A stretch of 32,000 nt of DNA, from positions 83,873 through 115,872 of the forward strand of contig NZ_MU078696.1 of the NCBI RefSeq assembly GCF_014078525.1, read 5' to 3'. Source of the DNA: Nitrosopumilus sp. b3. Its GTDB lineage: Archaea > Thermoproteota > Nitrososphaeria > Nitrososphaerales > Nitrosopumilaceae. Position 1 is the first letter of the stretch. Every line of letters starts with the position of its first letter. Of the stretch, positions 16,966-25,415 are shown one piece after another. Below the pieces are notes generated by a model. That model searched no databases. It saw nothing but the letters and a program-made list of their open reading frames with translations, and was not told the DNA's origin. The translations under genes and the position numbers were made by a program.

Positions 16966-17514
16966 CTAGAGTGAATTTACTACTCTGTCTCTAATAGTTT
17001 TAGGTTTCCATAAAACCCTTTTACTCCTTTCTTTACTAGTAGATATTTTGATTAATAGAAATATTGGCCCATCTTGTTTTTTTATTTGATCTAAAACAGA
17101 AATCAATCTAGTTTTTGACTTTATTACAAATATTTTATAATTAACACTGTTTGCAATTTTTTCCAAACTTATTTTTGATGAATTAGTAGGTTGCCCTCCA
17201 GTTGATTCATGACTATTGTTGTCAAAAACCACATGTACCAAATTCTTTGGCATTAAACTTCCTATGGTGACTAGAGAACCTAAATTCATAAGGATGTTGC
17301 CATCTCCATCAAAAACAAAAATTTGTTTTTTAGGATTTTTTAAAGCAATTCCCAATCCTATGGATGATGCGAGACCCATTGAACCAATCATGTAGAAATT
17401 TGATTTTTTATCATTCATTTCAAATAAATCTCTGCTCATAAATCCATTAGCTGAAACAATCGGATTTTTTCCAGCACTTTTTGCAACAATTTTTACTGCC
17501 TCTTTTCTAATCAT
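16966..17514 (-). CDS. ppd: Phosphonopyruvate decarboxylase, beta subunit (ThDP-binding domain)
   Basis: ThDP motif GDGNILMNLGSLVTIGSLMPKNLVHVVFDNN (nt 17215-17307). 8-nt overlap with the alpha subunit gene. Directly downstream of PEP mutase, which argues against the related sulfopyruvate decarboxylase ComDE. Confidence 0.85.
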   Translation of the reverse strand: MIRKEAVKIVAKSAGKNPIVSANGFMSRDLFEMNDKKSNFYMIGSMGLASSIGLGIALKNPKKQIFVFDGDGNILMNLGSLVTIGSLMPKNLVHVVFDNNSHESTGGQPTNSSKISLEKIANSVNYKIFVIKSKTRLISVLDQIKKQDGPIFLLIKISTSKERSKRVLWKPKTIRDRVVNSL

Positions 17515-17995
17515 GAAACATCCTCCTGATTACAAGCGCACATGGTTTTTTGTCTTTTATTTGGTTTAGTGCCCAATCACAACATGCTTTCCAATTTTTT
17601 TCAGTCATAATTTTCGTTTTTAATCCAATCAGTTTTAGAAGTTCAGGTTGAATTTTACCAATTTTTAGATGTTCTGGAGCGTCATCTGTAAGAAATCCTC
17701 TCCAACCAATAAGAAATATTATTGGAATTTCATAAAGCTGAACTAGAGATGTAATGGTGCTTATTGAATTTGCAAATCCTGCATTTTGCATAAACACCAA
17801 TGATGGACTTTTAGAGAGAGACATTCCTGTGGCAATTCCTACTGCCTCTTCTTCCCTAGTTGTAATTATGATGTTGTTGTTTTTTAAGCATTCATCAATA
17901 AAATATTTTAATGTAGAATCAGGAACTCCTATAAAATTTTCTACCTTGTTCTTTTTTAGATAATGATATGTTTCACGTTGTTCCTTTTCATTCAA
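17507..17995 (-). CDS. ppd: Phosphonopyruvate decarboxylase, alpha subunit (ThDP pyrimidine-binding domain)
   Basis: GVPDSTLKYF...TTREEEAVGIATGMSL...MQNAGFANS is typical of the N-terminal ThDP-enzyme domain. 4-nt overlap with pepM. Confidence 0.85.
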   Translation of the reverse strand: MNEKEQRETYHYLKKNKVENFIGVPDSTLKYFIDECLKNNNIIITTREEEAVGIATGMSLSKSPSLVFMQNAGFANSISTITSLVQLYEIPIIFLIGWRGFLTDDAPEHLKIGKIQPELLKLIGLKTKIMTEKNWKACCDWALNQIKDKKPCALVIRRMFHD

Positions 17996-18891
17996 TTTAT
18001 GTATCCTAATTTTTTTAGATTTTCTTCAATGTCTATTTCCTGCTTTTTTATGTCATACATTTCTTGCAGATGAAATATCTCTTCCATAGAAGTCATTTTT
18101 GTTTTAACATCACCAAGACTTTTTGCTGTAGATAATTCTTTTAGATGTTCTGTCATTGCCCAATGAGCCGCTCGTAGTGATTGATTTGCATAAATTACCA
18201 TTTTTATCTTATGATTTTGAAGTTCCTCCAACGTTACATTTGGATATGATGTAGGAATAGCAATAATGGGTATTTTCCCATTCCATGTATCACAAAATTC
18301 AAAAATTTCATCTGGTAATTTTTTTTTTGAATGAATTAAAATCGCATCAGCACCTGCATTCTCATAAGCATTTGCTCTTTTTTTTGCTTCATCCACTCCC
18401 AATCCTGCGATTAATGCTTCAATTCTCGCTATAATCATAAAATTTTCATTAACTTTAGAATTTTTTGCCGCTAGTATTTTTGCAACAAAATCTTTCTCAG
18501 GCAATAATTCTTGTTTCCCACTTTCTAGAAGACTGTTTTGTTTTGGAAATATCTTGTCTTCTATACTTACTGCAGCAATTCCTGCGCTCTCATATTTCTT
18601 TACCATGTGGCTTACATTACTTGGTCCTCCAAATCCTGTATCACAATCAGCAATTATGGGAATTGAACAAGCATCTGCCATTCTAGATGTTACCGAAAGA
18701 AATTCAGTCATTGTGAGAATGCTTGCATCTGGTAATGCATGAGTTGCAGATATAGCAAAACTACCAGCCCAAACTGCATCAAAATTATTCAATTCTACTA
18801 ATTTCGCAGACATTGCATCAAACCCACCTGCAACTTTCAAAATTTTATTCTCTTTTAATTTTGATTTTAGTAGATTGGCTCCATTACTCAT
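17992..18891 (-). CDS. pepM: Phosphoenolpyruvate phosphomutase (PEP mutase)
   Basis: Isocitrate-lyase-superfamily fold carrying the PepM-diagnostic EDKxxxxxNS motif, EDKIFPKQNS, checked codon by codon at nt 18532-18561. Also IIADCDTGFGG. Confidence 0.9.
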   Translation of the reverse strand: MSNGANLLKSKLKENKILKVAGGFDAMSAKLVELNNFDAVWAGSFAISATHALPDASILTMTEFLSVTSRMADACSIPIIADCDTGFGGPSNVSHMVKKYESAGIAAVSIEDKIFPKQNSLLESGKQELLPEKDFVAKILAAKNSKVNENFMIIARIEALIAGLGVDEAKKRANAYENAGADAILIHSKKKLPDEIFEFCDTWNGKIPIIAIPTSYPNVTLEELQNHKIKMVIYANQSLRAAHWAMTEHLKELSTAKSLGDVKTKMTSMEEIFHLQEMYDIKKQEIDIEENLKKLGYIN

Positions 18892-18953
18892 TTTTATCAG
18901 ACATGTTTAGCAAATAATTTAATATATAATAATAGATCTTTTAGTTTCTTTAT
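18892..18953. promoter_or_regulatory. 62-bp divergent promoter region between pepM and the Fe-ADH gene, with a central AT-rich TATA-like element
   Basis: aatttaatatataataat spans about 18916-18933. Its centre is about 26-27 nt from both start codons (18891 on the minus strand, 18954 on the plus strand), the spacing expected for archaeal TATA boxes driving leaderless mRNAs. Not verified experimentally. Confidence 0.35.
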
Positions 18954-19898
18954 ATGTGGACAATAAAACAACCTCCAAAAATTATCTTTGGAAAAAACTC
19001 AGTTAAAGAATTTTCATTTCCTGATAAGTGCTTAGTAATTACATCCAAGGGAGCAAGATCGCGTGGATGGTTAGAATATGCTGATCTAAACAATACGATA
19101 ATTTTTGATGATGTGGAATCTAATCCCTCAATAGAAACTACTGAAAAGATTATTTCTAAATTTCAAAATTCTGATTTTAGTTATATTGTTGGAATGGGGG
19201 GTGGAAGTTCTATGGATGTAGCCAAGTACTGTGCATTTAAAATGAATAAATTGAAGATAATGATCCCAACTACTTTTGGTAGTGGCAGTGAGGTAACTAG
19301 AATTTCAGTTCTTAAGGTAGATGGTAAGAAAAAAAGCTTTCATGATGATGGACTTTTTGCAGATATTGCCATAATCGATAGTCATTTCATTGAATATTCT
19401 GATGATAACATAATTAAAAATTCAGTAATTGATGCTTGTGCTCAATGTACTGAAGCCTATGACAGTAAACTTGCAAATCCATATACAAAATTTCTTTGTA
19501 ATTCAGCATTTGATCTTTTAGAAGAAGGTATCTTAACTAAGAACTATGAAAAAATTGTAATAGGTTCTTTATTTGATGGTCTTGGATTTGGGAATTCTTC
19601 AACTACATTAGGACATGCTCTCTCTTATGTATATTCCAATGAGGGTGTTTCTCACGGTCATGCCTTAGCTTTTACAACTATGACAGCTCATAAATTTAAC
19701 AATTCTCCATTTTATGAAAGATTTATGAAATTAGTAAAAAAACTCCAGTTTGAAAAAATAAATCTCAATCAGTCTTTAGACGAAGCTGCAGAATTAATTT
19801 TAACAGATAGAAAACACTTAGATAATAATCCAAAAAATGTAACAAAAAATGATATAATTAATCTTTTAAATAATATTAATTCCGAAATGTCTTTTTAA
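18954..19898 (+). CDS. Iron-containing alcohol dehydrogenase; candidate phosphonoacetaldehyde reductase (Pdh/PhpC/FomC-like)
   Basis: GMGGGSSMDVAKY (Fe-ADH NAD(P)-binding glycine motif) and GHALSYVYSNEGVSHGHALAF (metal His cluster). Divergent from pepM. 314 aa, which is short for the family. Confidence 0.75.
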   Translation: MWTIKQPPKIIFGKNSVKEFSFPDKCLVITSKGARSRGWLEYADLNNTIIFDDVESNPSIETTEKIISKFQNSDFSYIVGMGGGSSMDVAKYCAFKMNKLKIMIPTTFGSGSEVTRISVLKVDGKKKSFHDDGLFADIAIIDSHFIEYSDDNIIKNSVIDACAQCTEAYDSKLANPYTKFLCNSAFDLLEEGILTKNYEKIVIGSLFDGLGFGNSSTTLGHALSYVYSNEGVSHGHALAFTTMTAHKFNNSPFYERFMKLVKKLQFEKINLNQSLDEAAELILTDRKHLDNNPKNVTKNDIINLLNNINSEMSF

Positions 19899-19943
19899 AT
19901 ATATGATGCTATAGTTTTTTAATAATTCAAAAAAAAAAAATAA
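19899..19943. terminator. Convergent intergenic region with oligo-T tracts on both strands (putative archaeal terminators)
   Basis: T6 at 19915-19920, downstream of the plus-strand ADH gene. A12 at 19929-19940, which is T12 on the minus strand, 3 nt after the GT2 stop codon. Confidence 0.35.
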
Positions 19944-20837
19944 TCAATGACGTTTTTCTCTTACTACACTTACAAGTGAAAATAACATTATTGATGTCAT
20001 CATTAACATAGCTCCCAAAATTGTAGAGCCTATTCCAAGTAAAGCTAAATTTGTAATCACTTGGCGTGTATCTGTAAATCCTTGAATAGTCCATAAAATA
20101 AAGAATAGTCCTAAAGTTAAAAAAAAGATTCCTGGCAATCCATAGAATTTCAAAGGGTGCTCTATTGAGATAAATTTTAGAGTGCTAACAATTACTAAGA
20201 CACCATGTGATACAGGATGGTGGGTAGAAGTATTTCCTTCATACGATACTATTATTGGAACTTCAATGACTTTAAAATTCATTTTTGATGCTTTTATTAA
20301 AATCTCTGTTGAAACACCCATTCCATAATCAGAAGGTGTTATGGCATTAAGGATTTTTTTTGAATATGCACGAAAACCACTCTGTGAGTCAGTAATGTCT
20401 TTCCCTATTGATGTGTTGGTAATTTTTGTTATGACTTTGATTCCCATTTTTCTATATTTTGGAATGGAACTATCTTTATCGAGAAATCTTGAACCTATGA
20501 CTATGTCTGCATCTTGATCAAGAATTGGCTGTATTACCGATTCTATGTCCTTTACATTATGTTGACCATCAGCATCAAATGTTACTAAAATATCACACTC
20601 GATCTCTTTTCCTTTAATGAACAGGCTACGAATGCTTGCACCATAACCTAAATTTTTGGGATGGTTTATGACAGCTGCTCCTAATTTTTCAGCAATCAAT
20701 GCAGTTGAATCATTTGAACCATCATTACAAACTATGATCGTATCTGTGTACTGTTTTAATTGCGTAATAATTTTTCCAATATTTTGTTCTTCATTATATG
20801 CAGGCAGACCTATAGCTATTTTCATTACTACTTTCAT
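19944..20837 (-). CDS. GT2-family glycosyltransferase with C-terminal TM helices (dolichyl-phosphate hexose synthase-like)
   Basis: IAIGLPAYNEEQNI, IVCNDGSNDST and TFDADGQH (DxD-type) motifs. C-terminal hydrophobic segments (GIFFLTLGLFFILW; LALLGIGSTILGAMLMM). The start may be M1 (20837) or M5 (20825). Confidence 0.8.
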   Translation of the reverse strand: MKVVMKIAIGLPAYNEEQNIGKIITQLKQYTDTIIVCNDGSNDSTALIAEKLGAAVINHPKNLGYGASIRSLFIKGKEIECDILVTFDADGQHNVKDIESVIQPILDQDADIVIGSRFLDKDSSIPKYRKMGIKVITKITNTSIGKDITDSQSGFRAYSKKILNAITPSDYGMGVSTEILIKASKMNFKVIEVPIIVSYEGNTSTHHPVSHGVLVIVSTLKFISIEHPLKFYGLPGIFFLTLGLFFILWTIQGFTDTRQVITNLALLGIGSTILGAMLMMTSIMLFSLVSVVREKRH

Positions 20838-20884
20838 TAATTTTTGACTTTAAGAAGATTTTGCATAATGCTATTTTTTGCAGT

Positions 20885-21901
20885 TTATTCCGAAATACTT
20901 TTTTTAATAAAATCGATTGATTTTACTGGAGACGGATCAGTTTTTGATATAACTGCATAAAAAATAGAGGAATAATCTAAAAGATAAATCAGATTAATTA
21001 ATTTAGAAAGTATACTGCCTTTTACAGAATGGATTTCATAATAATCAATTTTATTAATGTTGAAATATTTTTTCAAAATTTCCCATCTTTCTTTCGTTTT
21101 TACATAGTCATTATTACCTTCTAAAAGAATAGGTTGAACATTACTGTGTTTTTCCCACGGTACAATACCATTATGACAAGCTTCAATTACATCTTCAGAT
21201 ATTGTGTGGATTTTTCCATTTTCTTGAAGAGAATTTTTAAATCTTATGGCTGCAGCTTGTAATCCATGTGGATAGTAAATTAAAGGAGTTCCAGAAATCC
21301 ACATGGCAAGATTAAGAGATGGATTTTCTTGTGTTAAATTATTCGATGAAATTTTATCTCTGAGAGATTCTAATTCTGTTAGTGATTCTAAAATATCTTC
21401 ATGTTTTACTGGTATTACTGACTCTAAGATTTTTAACATTGAATATAAAAAATTAGTAAATGAAACACGTGGTGAATGAATTTGTTTAATTTCTCTGAAT
21501 TCAATATTGTATTTAGTACAATATCTTTTCATTTTACCTCCTGATGAAAAAGCAATCAATTTACAATTTAATTTTGAAGCTAACTTTAGAACATTTAATG
21601 TCTCTTCTGTGTTACCTGAAATACTTACTACGATTACTAAGGTATTAGAATCAACAGTTTCTGGAAGTAAATATCCTTTTACTACATCAACGTGAATTTT
21701 TGTTTTAGATAAAATGGATGCAAAAATATCTCCAAGTGCACCTGAACCTCCCATTCCTGCGAAAATAATATGTTCAATACCATCAAAATCAGCTTTAACA
21801 AAATTTTGCTCATAAGATTTTCTTGCAATTTCTGGCCACATATCATACACTTTGTGCATTTGTTGTGAATCATATTTTTCTAGAATGGAAAGATCTAACA
21901 A
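20885..21901 (-). CDS. Bifunctional phosphoglucose/phosphomannose isomerase (archaeal SIS-domain PGI/PMI family)
   Basis: IIFAGMGGSGALGDI and VVSISGNTEET are SIS motifs. Size and N-terminal region are typical of the archaeal PGI/PMI family. Confidence 0.7.
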   Translation of the reverse strand: MLDLSILEKYDSQQMHKVYDMWPEIARKSYEQNFVKADFDGIEHIIFAGMGGSGALGDIFASILSKTKIHVDVVKGYLLPETVDSNTLVIVVSISGNTEETLNVLKLASKLNCKLIAFSSGGKMKRYCTKYNIEFREIKQIHSPRVSFTNFLYSMLKILESVIPVKHEDILESLTELESLRDKISSNNLTQENPSLNLAMWISGTPLIYYPHGLQAAAIRFKNSLQENGKIHTISEDVIEACHNGIVPWEKHSNVQPILLEGNNDYVKTKERWEILKKYFNINKIDYYEIHSVKGSILSKLINLIYLLDYSSIFYAVISKTDPSPVKSIDFIKKSISE

Positions 21902-21950
21902 TATGTTAAATCAGAAATCAATCACAATAAAATATCTACTGGTATATCTA

Positions 21951-22880
21951 CTATTTCTCACTATGTTGGTAATTATTTATTAATTCTTGGACTCCTTCTT
22001 TTAATTCAAATTTTGGAGAATATGTAAGGTGGTTTTTTGCCATCGTTATGTCAGCTTGACTATATTTAATATCTTCATTCTTTTCAGGCAAATATTGTAT
22101 TCCTAGTTTTTTTCCAGACCATAAAATCATCTGTTCTGCAAGATCTTTAACAGTAATTGTTTTTCCACTGGCAATGTTGAATGTTCCACTTTTATTATAC
22201 AATAAAGTACTGTTAATTGCATTAACCACATCACATATTGCAACGAAATCCCTTGTTTGTAAACCGTTTCCGAATATTTCTAATGGTTTATTTTCTTTAA
22301 TTTTTTCAATGAATTTAGTAATTACTCCTGCATATTCTGATGATTGACCAATACCATATATGTTGAAAAATCTTAGAATAATACAATGTATGCTATGTTT
22401 TGATACAAATCCTTTGATCTTTTGTTCCATTTTCACCTTACTTTCACCATATGGGGAAATGGGATTCATTGATGATTCTTCAGTTAATTTAACACCCTGA
22501 ATACTATCTCCATACACAGCAGCTGATGAAGATACGATTAGTTTCTTTACATTATTTTTTTCACAAGCAATTAATACATTATTTGTTCCATCCACATTAA
22601 CTCTGAATGTTTCTGTAGGATTGTTGATTGATTCTGATACTGAAATCTTAGCAGCAAGATGAATTACTATTTCTTGATCTTTTACAGCATTTAGTATGTC
22701 TAGAGGTTTTGTGATGTCTCCTTCTATAACTTTGGCACCTATATCTATAAGATGTGATACAGAATCTTTAGTAGAGTTGGAAAAATTATCAAAAATTGTA
22801 ACTAGTTGGTCCTTTTCTAAAAGTGATTTTACTAGATGCTTTCCAATAAAACCAGCTCCACCAGTGACTAGAATTTTCAT
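21951..22880 (-). CDS. NAD-dependent sugar-nucleotide epimerase/dehydratase (UDP-glucose 4-epimerase-like extended SDR)
   Basis: MKILVTGGAGFIGKHL, SSSAAVYG and SPYGESK (YxxxK). Confidence 0.8.
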   Translation of the reverse strand: MKILVTGGAGFIGKHLVKSLLEKDQLVTIFDNFSNSTKDSVSHLIDIGAKVIEGDITKPLDILNAVKDQEIVIHLAAKISVSESINNPTETFRVNVDGTNNVLIACEKNNVKKLIVSSSAAVYGDSIQGVKLTEESSMNPISPYGESKVKMEQKIKGFVSKHSIHCIILRFFNIYGIGQSSEYAGVITKFIEKIKENKPLEIFGNGLQTRDFVAICDVVNAINSTLLYNKSGTFNIASGKTITVKDLAEQMILWSGKKLGIQYLPEKNEDIKYSQADITMAKNHLTYSPKFELKEGVQELINNYQHSEK

Positions 22881-22968
22881 AAAAATAATAAAACAAAATA
22901 GGGTTATATTTTGTACCTAAATTTACACTATCAGTTGATTTTTAAAATGTTAAATTTTGATACTCTGT

Positions 22969-24024
22969 ATGGTTGATACTATTATTGATTCATCTTTGAG
23001 AACAGTTGAATGGAAAGATAACAAAGTAATAATGATTGACCAGACCAAGCTTCCAAACGAGCTTGTTTTTGTAGAATATGATGATTTCACCCAGGTTGCA
23101 GATGCCATCAAAACTTTGGTGGTTAGAGGCGCACCTGCAATTGGAGTATCAGGTGCATTTGGGTTAGCATTAACTGCATTACAAAGTAAGGCAACAACCA
23201 AAGACGATTTACTGTCTGATTTAGAAAATGCTAGAAAAATCCTTTTTGCAACTAGACCAACTGCAGTGAATCTGGGTTGGGGATTGGAAAAAATCATGAA
23301 TGTTGCAAAATCAGGAGATACAGTTGAACAAATTAAAAAACTAGTTATTGAAACTGCAAAAAAAATGGCAGAGGAAGACATTGAAATTAACAAAGCCATG
23401 GGAAAGAACGGCTCTGCTCTTTTTGATGATAATGACACTATAATGACTCACTGTAATGCAGGTGCTCTAGCTACAGTAGCATATGGAACGGCACTAGGTG
23501 TAATTAGAGCAACAAGAGAATCTGGAAAGAACATCAAAGTAATAGCTACTGAGACAAGACCGATCCAGCAGGGCTCAAGACTCACTGTCTTTGAACTAAA
23601 GCATGACGGATTTGATGTCAGTCTAATTCCAGATACCGCTGTAGGATACTCAATGGCTAATGGATTGGTAAACAAAGTTGTAGTTGGTGCAGACAGAATT
23701 GTAAAGACAGGTCATGTCTTTAACAAAATTGGAACCTATCAGGTGGCAACCATGGCAAAGCAACACGGAATTCCATTTTACGTAGCAGCCCCACTATCCA
23801 CCATTGATCTTGAAACCAAAGCAGAAGATGTAATTATTGAGATGCGTAAAGGAAGCGAAGTCACAGGAATTGGATACAAAAAGACTGCTCCTGATGATAT
23901 CAACGTGATAAATCCGGCATTTGATATGACGCCGCCTGAACTAATTTCAGGAATAATTACCGAAAAAGGTGTGGCAAGAGCTCCATACGAGAAATCAATC
24001 CCAAAATTATTTCAAGCTAATTAA
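22969..24024 (+). CDS. mtnA: Methylthioribose-1-phosphate isomerase / aIF-2B-I family isomerase
   Basis: VEWKDNKVIMIDQTKLPNE, AIKTLVVRGAPAIG, TRPTAVNL, THCNAG and GADRI. I prefer the in-frame ATG at 22969 over the ORF-track TTG at 22957. Confidence 0.8.
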   Translation: MVDTIIDSSLRTVEWKDNKVIMIDQTKLPNELVFVEYDDFTQVADAIKTLVVRGAPAIGVSGAFGLALTALQSKATTKDDLLSDLENARKILFATRPTAVNLGWGLEKIMNVAKSGDTVEQIKKLVIETAKKMAEEDIEINKAMGKNGSALFDDNDTIMTHCNAGALATVAYGTALGVIRATRESGKNIKVIATETRPIQQGSRLTVFELKHDGFDVSLIPDTAVGYSMANGLVNKVVVGADRIVKTGHVFNKIGTYQVATMAKQHGIPFYVAAPLSTIDLETKAEDVIIEMRKGSEVTGIGYKKTAPDDINVINPAFDMTPPELISGIITEKGVARAPYEKSIPKLFQAN

Positions 24025-24063
24025 TAGAAAGTTTTTATTGTTTTTCAAGCTGCACCATACAAT

Positions 24064-24702
24064 ATGAGTACTGTCTCTGCACAAGCAATTGAGGACTCTT
24101 TAAAACAATGCATGGATCCCGAAGTCCCTCTAAACATTGTAGAGATGGGATTAATCTATGGAATTGATGTTGCTGAAAACAATGATGTCAATATCAAAAT
24201 GACGATGACCACTCAAGGCTGTCCACTACACGAAACACTAGTCCAAGATGCAACAAGATATGCCAAAAAGGTTCCAGGAGTGAACAATGTCAAAATTGAC
24301 ATCGTATGGGAGCCTGCATGGTCAATGGATAAGATGACTGAAGAAGGAAAAATGAAATTAAAAAGTATGGGTGCTGCAATGAACACTCCTGCACCAATAA
24401 ACTATGAAACTGCATTGCCCCAAGGAGTTGGAAAACTAGTGCAACAAGAGGATGGTTCCATGGTATTGGCAAACGAGCATGATCAAGGATTTATGGTTAA
24501 TCAAGCAATTGTTGACTTTTGGAAATCATGTAACGGGCAACGCAAAGTAACAGAACTAGTAGAAGTGTTTGCCCAACAGACAGGACTGCAAAGAAACCAA
24601 GTAGAAAAAGAAGTCATGCAGTTACTGCAACAGTTACGTGAGGGCGGATTGATTGCAATTGCAGGCCAGCCAGACACGCCAAATGTTGAATTTAAAAAAT
24701 AA
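24064..24702 (+). CDS. Fusion protein: N-terminal DUF59 (SufT/MIP18-like Fe-S assembly domain) and C-terminal PqqD-like domain
   Basis: N-terminal: MDPEVPLNIVEMGLIY...MTMTTQGCPLHE...IDIVWEPAW. C-terminal: VNQAIVDFWKSCNGQRKVTELVEVFAQQTGLQRNQVEKEVMQLLQQLREGGLI matches the PqqD/RRE consensus pattern. Confidence 0.6.
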   Translation: MSTVSAQAIEDSLKQCMDPEVPLNIVEMGLIYGIDVAENNDVNIKMTMTTQGCPLHETLVQDATRYAKKVPGVNNVKIDIVWEPAWSMDKMTEEGKMKLKSMGAAMNTPAPINYETALPQGVGKLVQQEDGSMVLANEHDQGFMVNQAIVDFWKSCNGQRKVTELVEVFAQQTGLQRNQVEKEVMQLLQQLREGGLIAIAGQPDTPNVEFKK

Positions 24703-24733
24703 TCTTAAATCATTTTGAAATTTTCTAAATCTG

Positions 24734-24886
24734 TTATTCATATGTGTGTAGTTTATGCGTTTTTTCAAATTCCGTCCCATTTACGTAACCTTTTGTTAAT
24801 GCAAACTCCCATAGATTGTATTTATCACTATACAATTCACCGAGTTGGCTTTTTGTCTTAAAAAGACTCAATCCCAATTTGCGCAT
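24734..24886 (-). CDS. Possible small ORF (50 aa), below the ORF-track cutoff
   Basis: Hand-translated: MRKLGLSLFKTKSQLGELYSDKYNLWEFALTKGYVNGTEFEKTHKLHTYE. Lies 31 nt downstream of the HTH gene on the same strand. No family recognised. Confidence 0.2.
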   Translation of the reverse strand: MRKLGLSLFKTKSQLGELYSDKYNLWEFALTKGYVNGTEFEKTHKLHTYE

Positions 24887-24917
24887 CTTAAATAATATCA
24901 TCGTAGATTTCTCTGAA

Positions 24918-25415
24918 TCACATCTTAGTACTATTGTCTCTTTTTTTTATCTCTTCTTCAGAAATGGCTGATCCTTCACTAAAATTTTTTAACAAAATAA
25001 ATCTAATTACACGTTTGACTAGACCCTCATCTATGTCTTTTATGATTGTATTTACTTTGGTTTTATCCTTCATATTCTTTTCCGCGTATTCAAGAATCTT
25101 TGTATCTAGTCGATAAATTCTATCTTCTATTGCTAGATAATTTTCATCATCTTCGTTTAGATGATCGAATAATCTGCCTCTTTGTGATTCTAACCGCTGA
25201 AATTGCTTTGCAATCCAACTGGTATAATCATATTTTAAATAATTTTCATCAAGCTGATCATTCCAAAATTGTATGTCTTCATTTATTGTATTTCGATTTA
25301 CATCTAAGATCTTACTTATTGCTACAGCTGATTTGCCTTGTTCGATATGGAGTTTGAAAACTTTGTTTCTTCTCTCTTCTCTTTGCTTCTTGGTATAAGG
25401 TCCACCATTTTTCAT
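24918..25415 (-). CDS. Helix-turn-helix DNA-binding protein (resolvase/transposase-type HTH at the N-terminus, coiled-coil-like remainder)
   Basis: GGPYTKKQREERRNKVFKLHIEQGKSAVAISKILDVNRNTINEDI resembles HTH_7/HTH_23-type motifs. Flanked by 215 and 336 nt of non-coding DNA. Confidence 0.4.
   Translation of the reverse strand: MKNGGPYTKKQREERRNKVFKLHIEQGKSAVAISKILDVNRNTINEDIQFWNDQLDENYLKYDYTSWIAKQFQRLESQRGRLFDHLNEDDENYLAIEDRIYRLDTKILEYAEKNMKDKTKVNTIIKDIDEGLVKRVIRFILLKNFSEGSAISEEEIKKRDNSTKM

Noticed and set aside
22950-23438. 162-aa ORF antisense to the mtnA-like gene. Similar antisense or alternative-frame ORFs in the track include 246-428, 1616-1813, 8923-9192, 9390-9626, 16628-16969, 17754-17963, 18465-18742, 25046-25357 and 30921-31190.
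   Set aside because: Each lies entirely inside a gene with strong family motifs on the other strand or frame. The translations are low-complexity or hydrophobic with no recognisable motifs, which is typical of shadow ORFs in AT-rich DNA.
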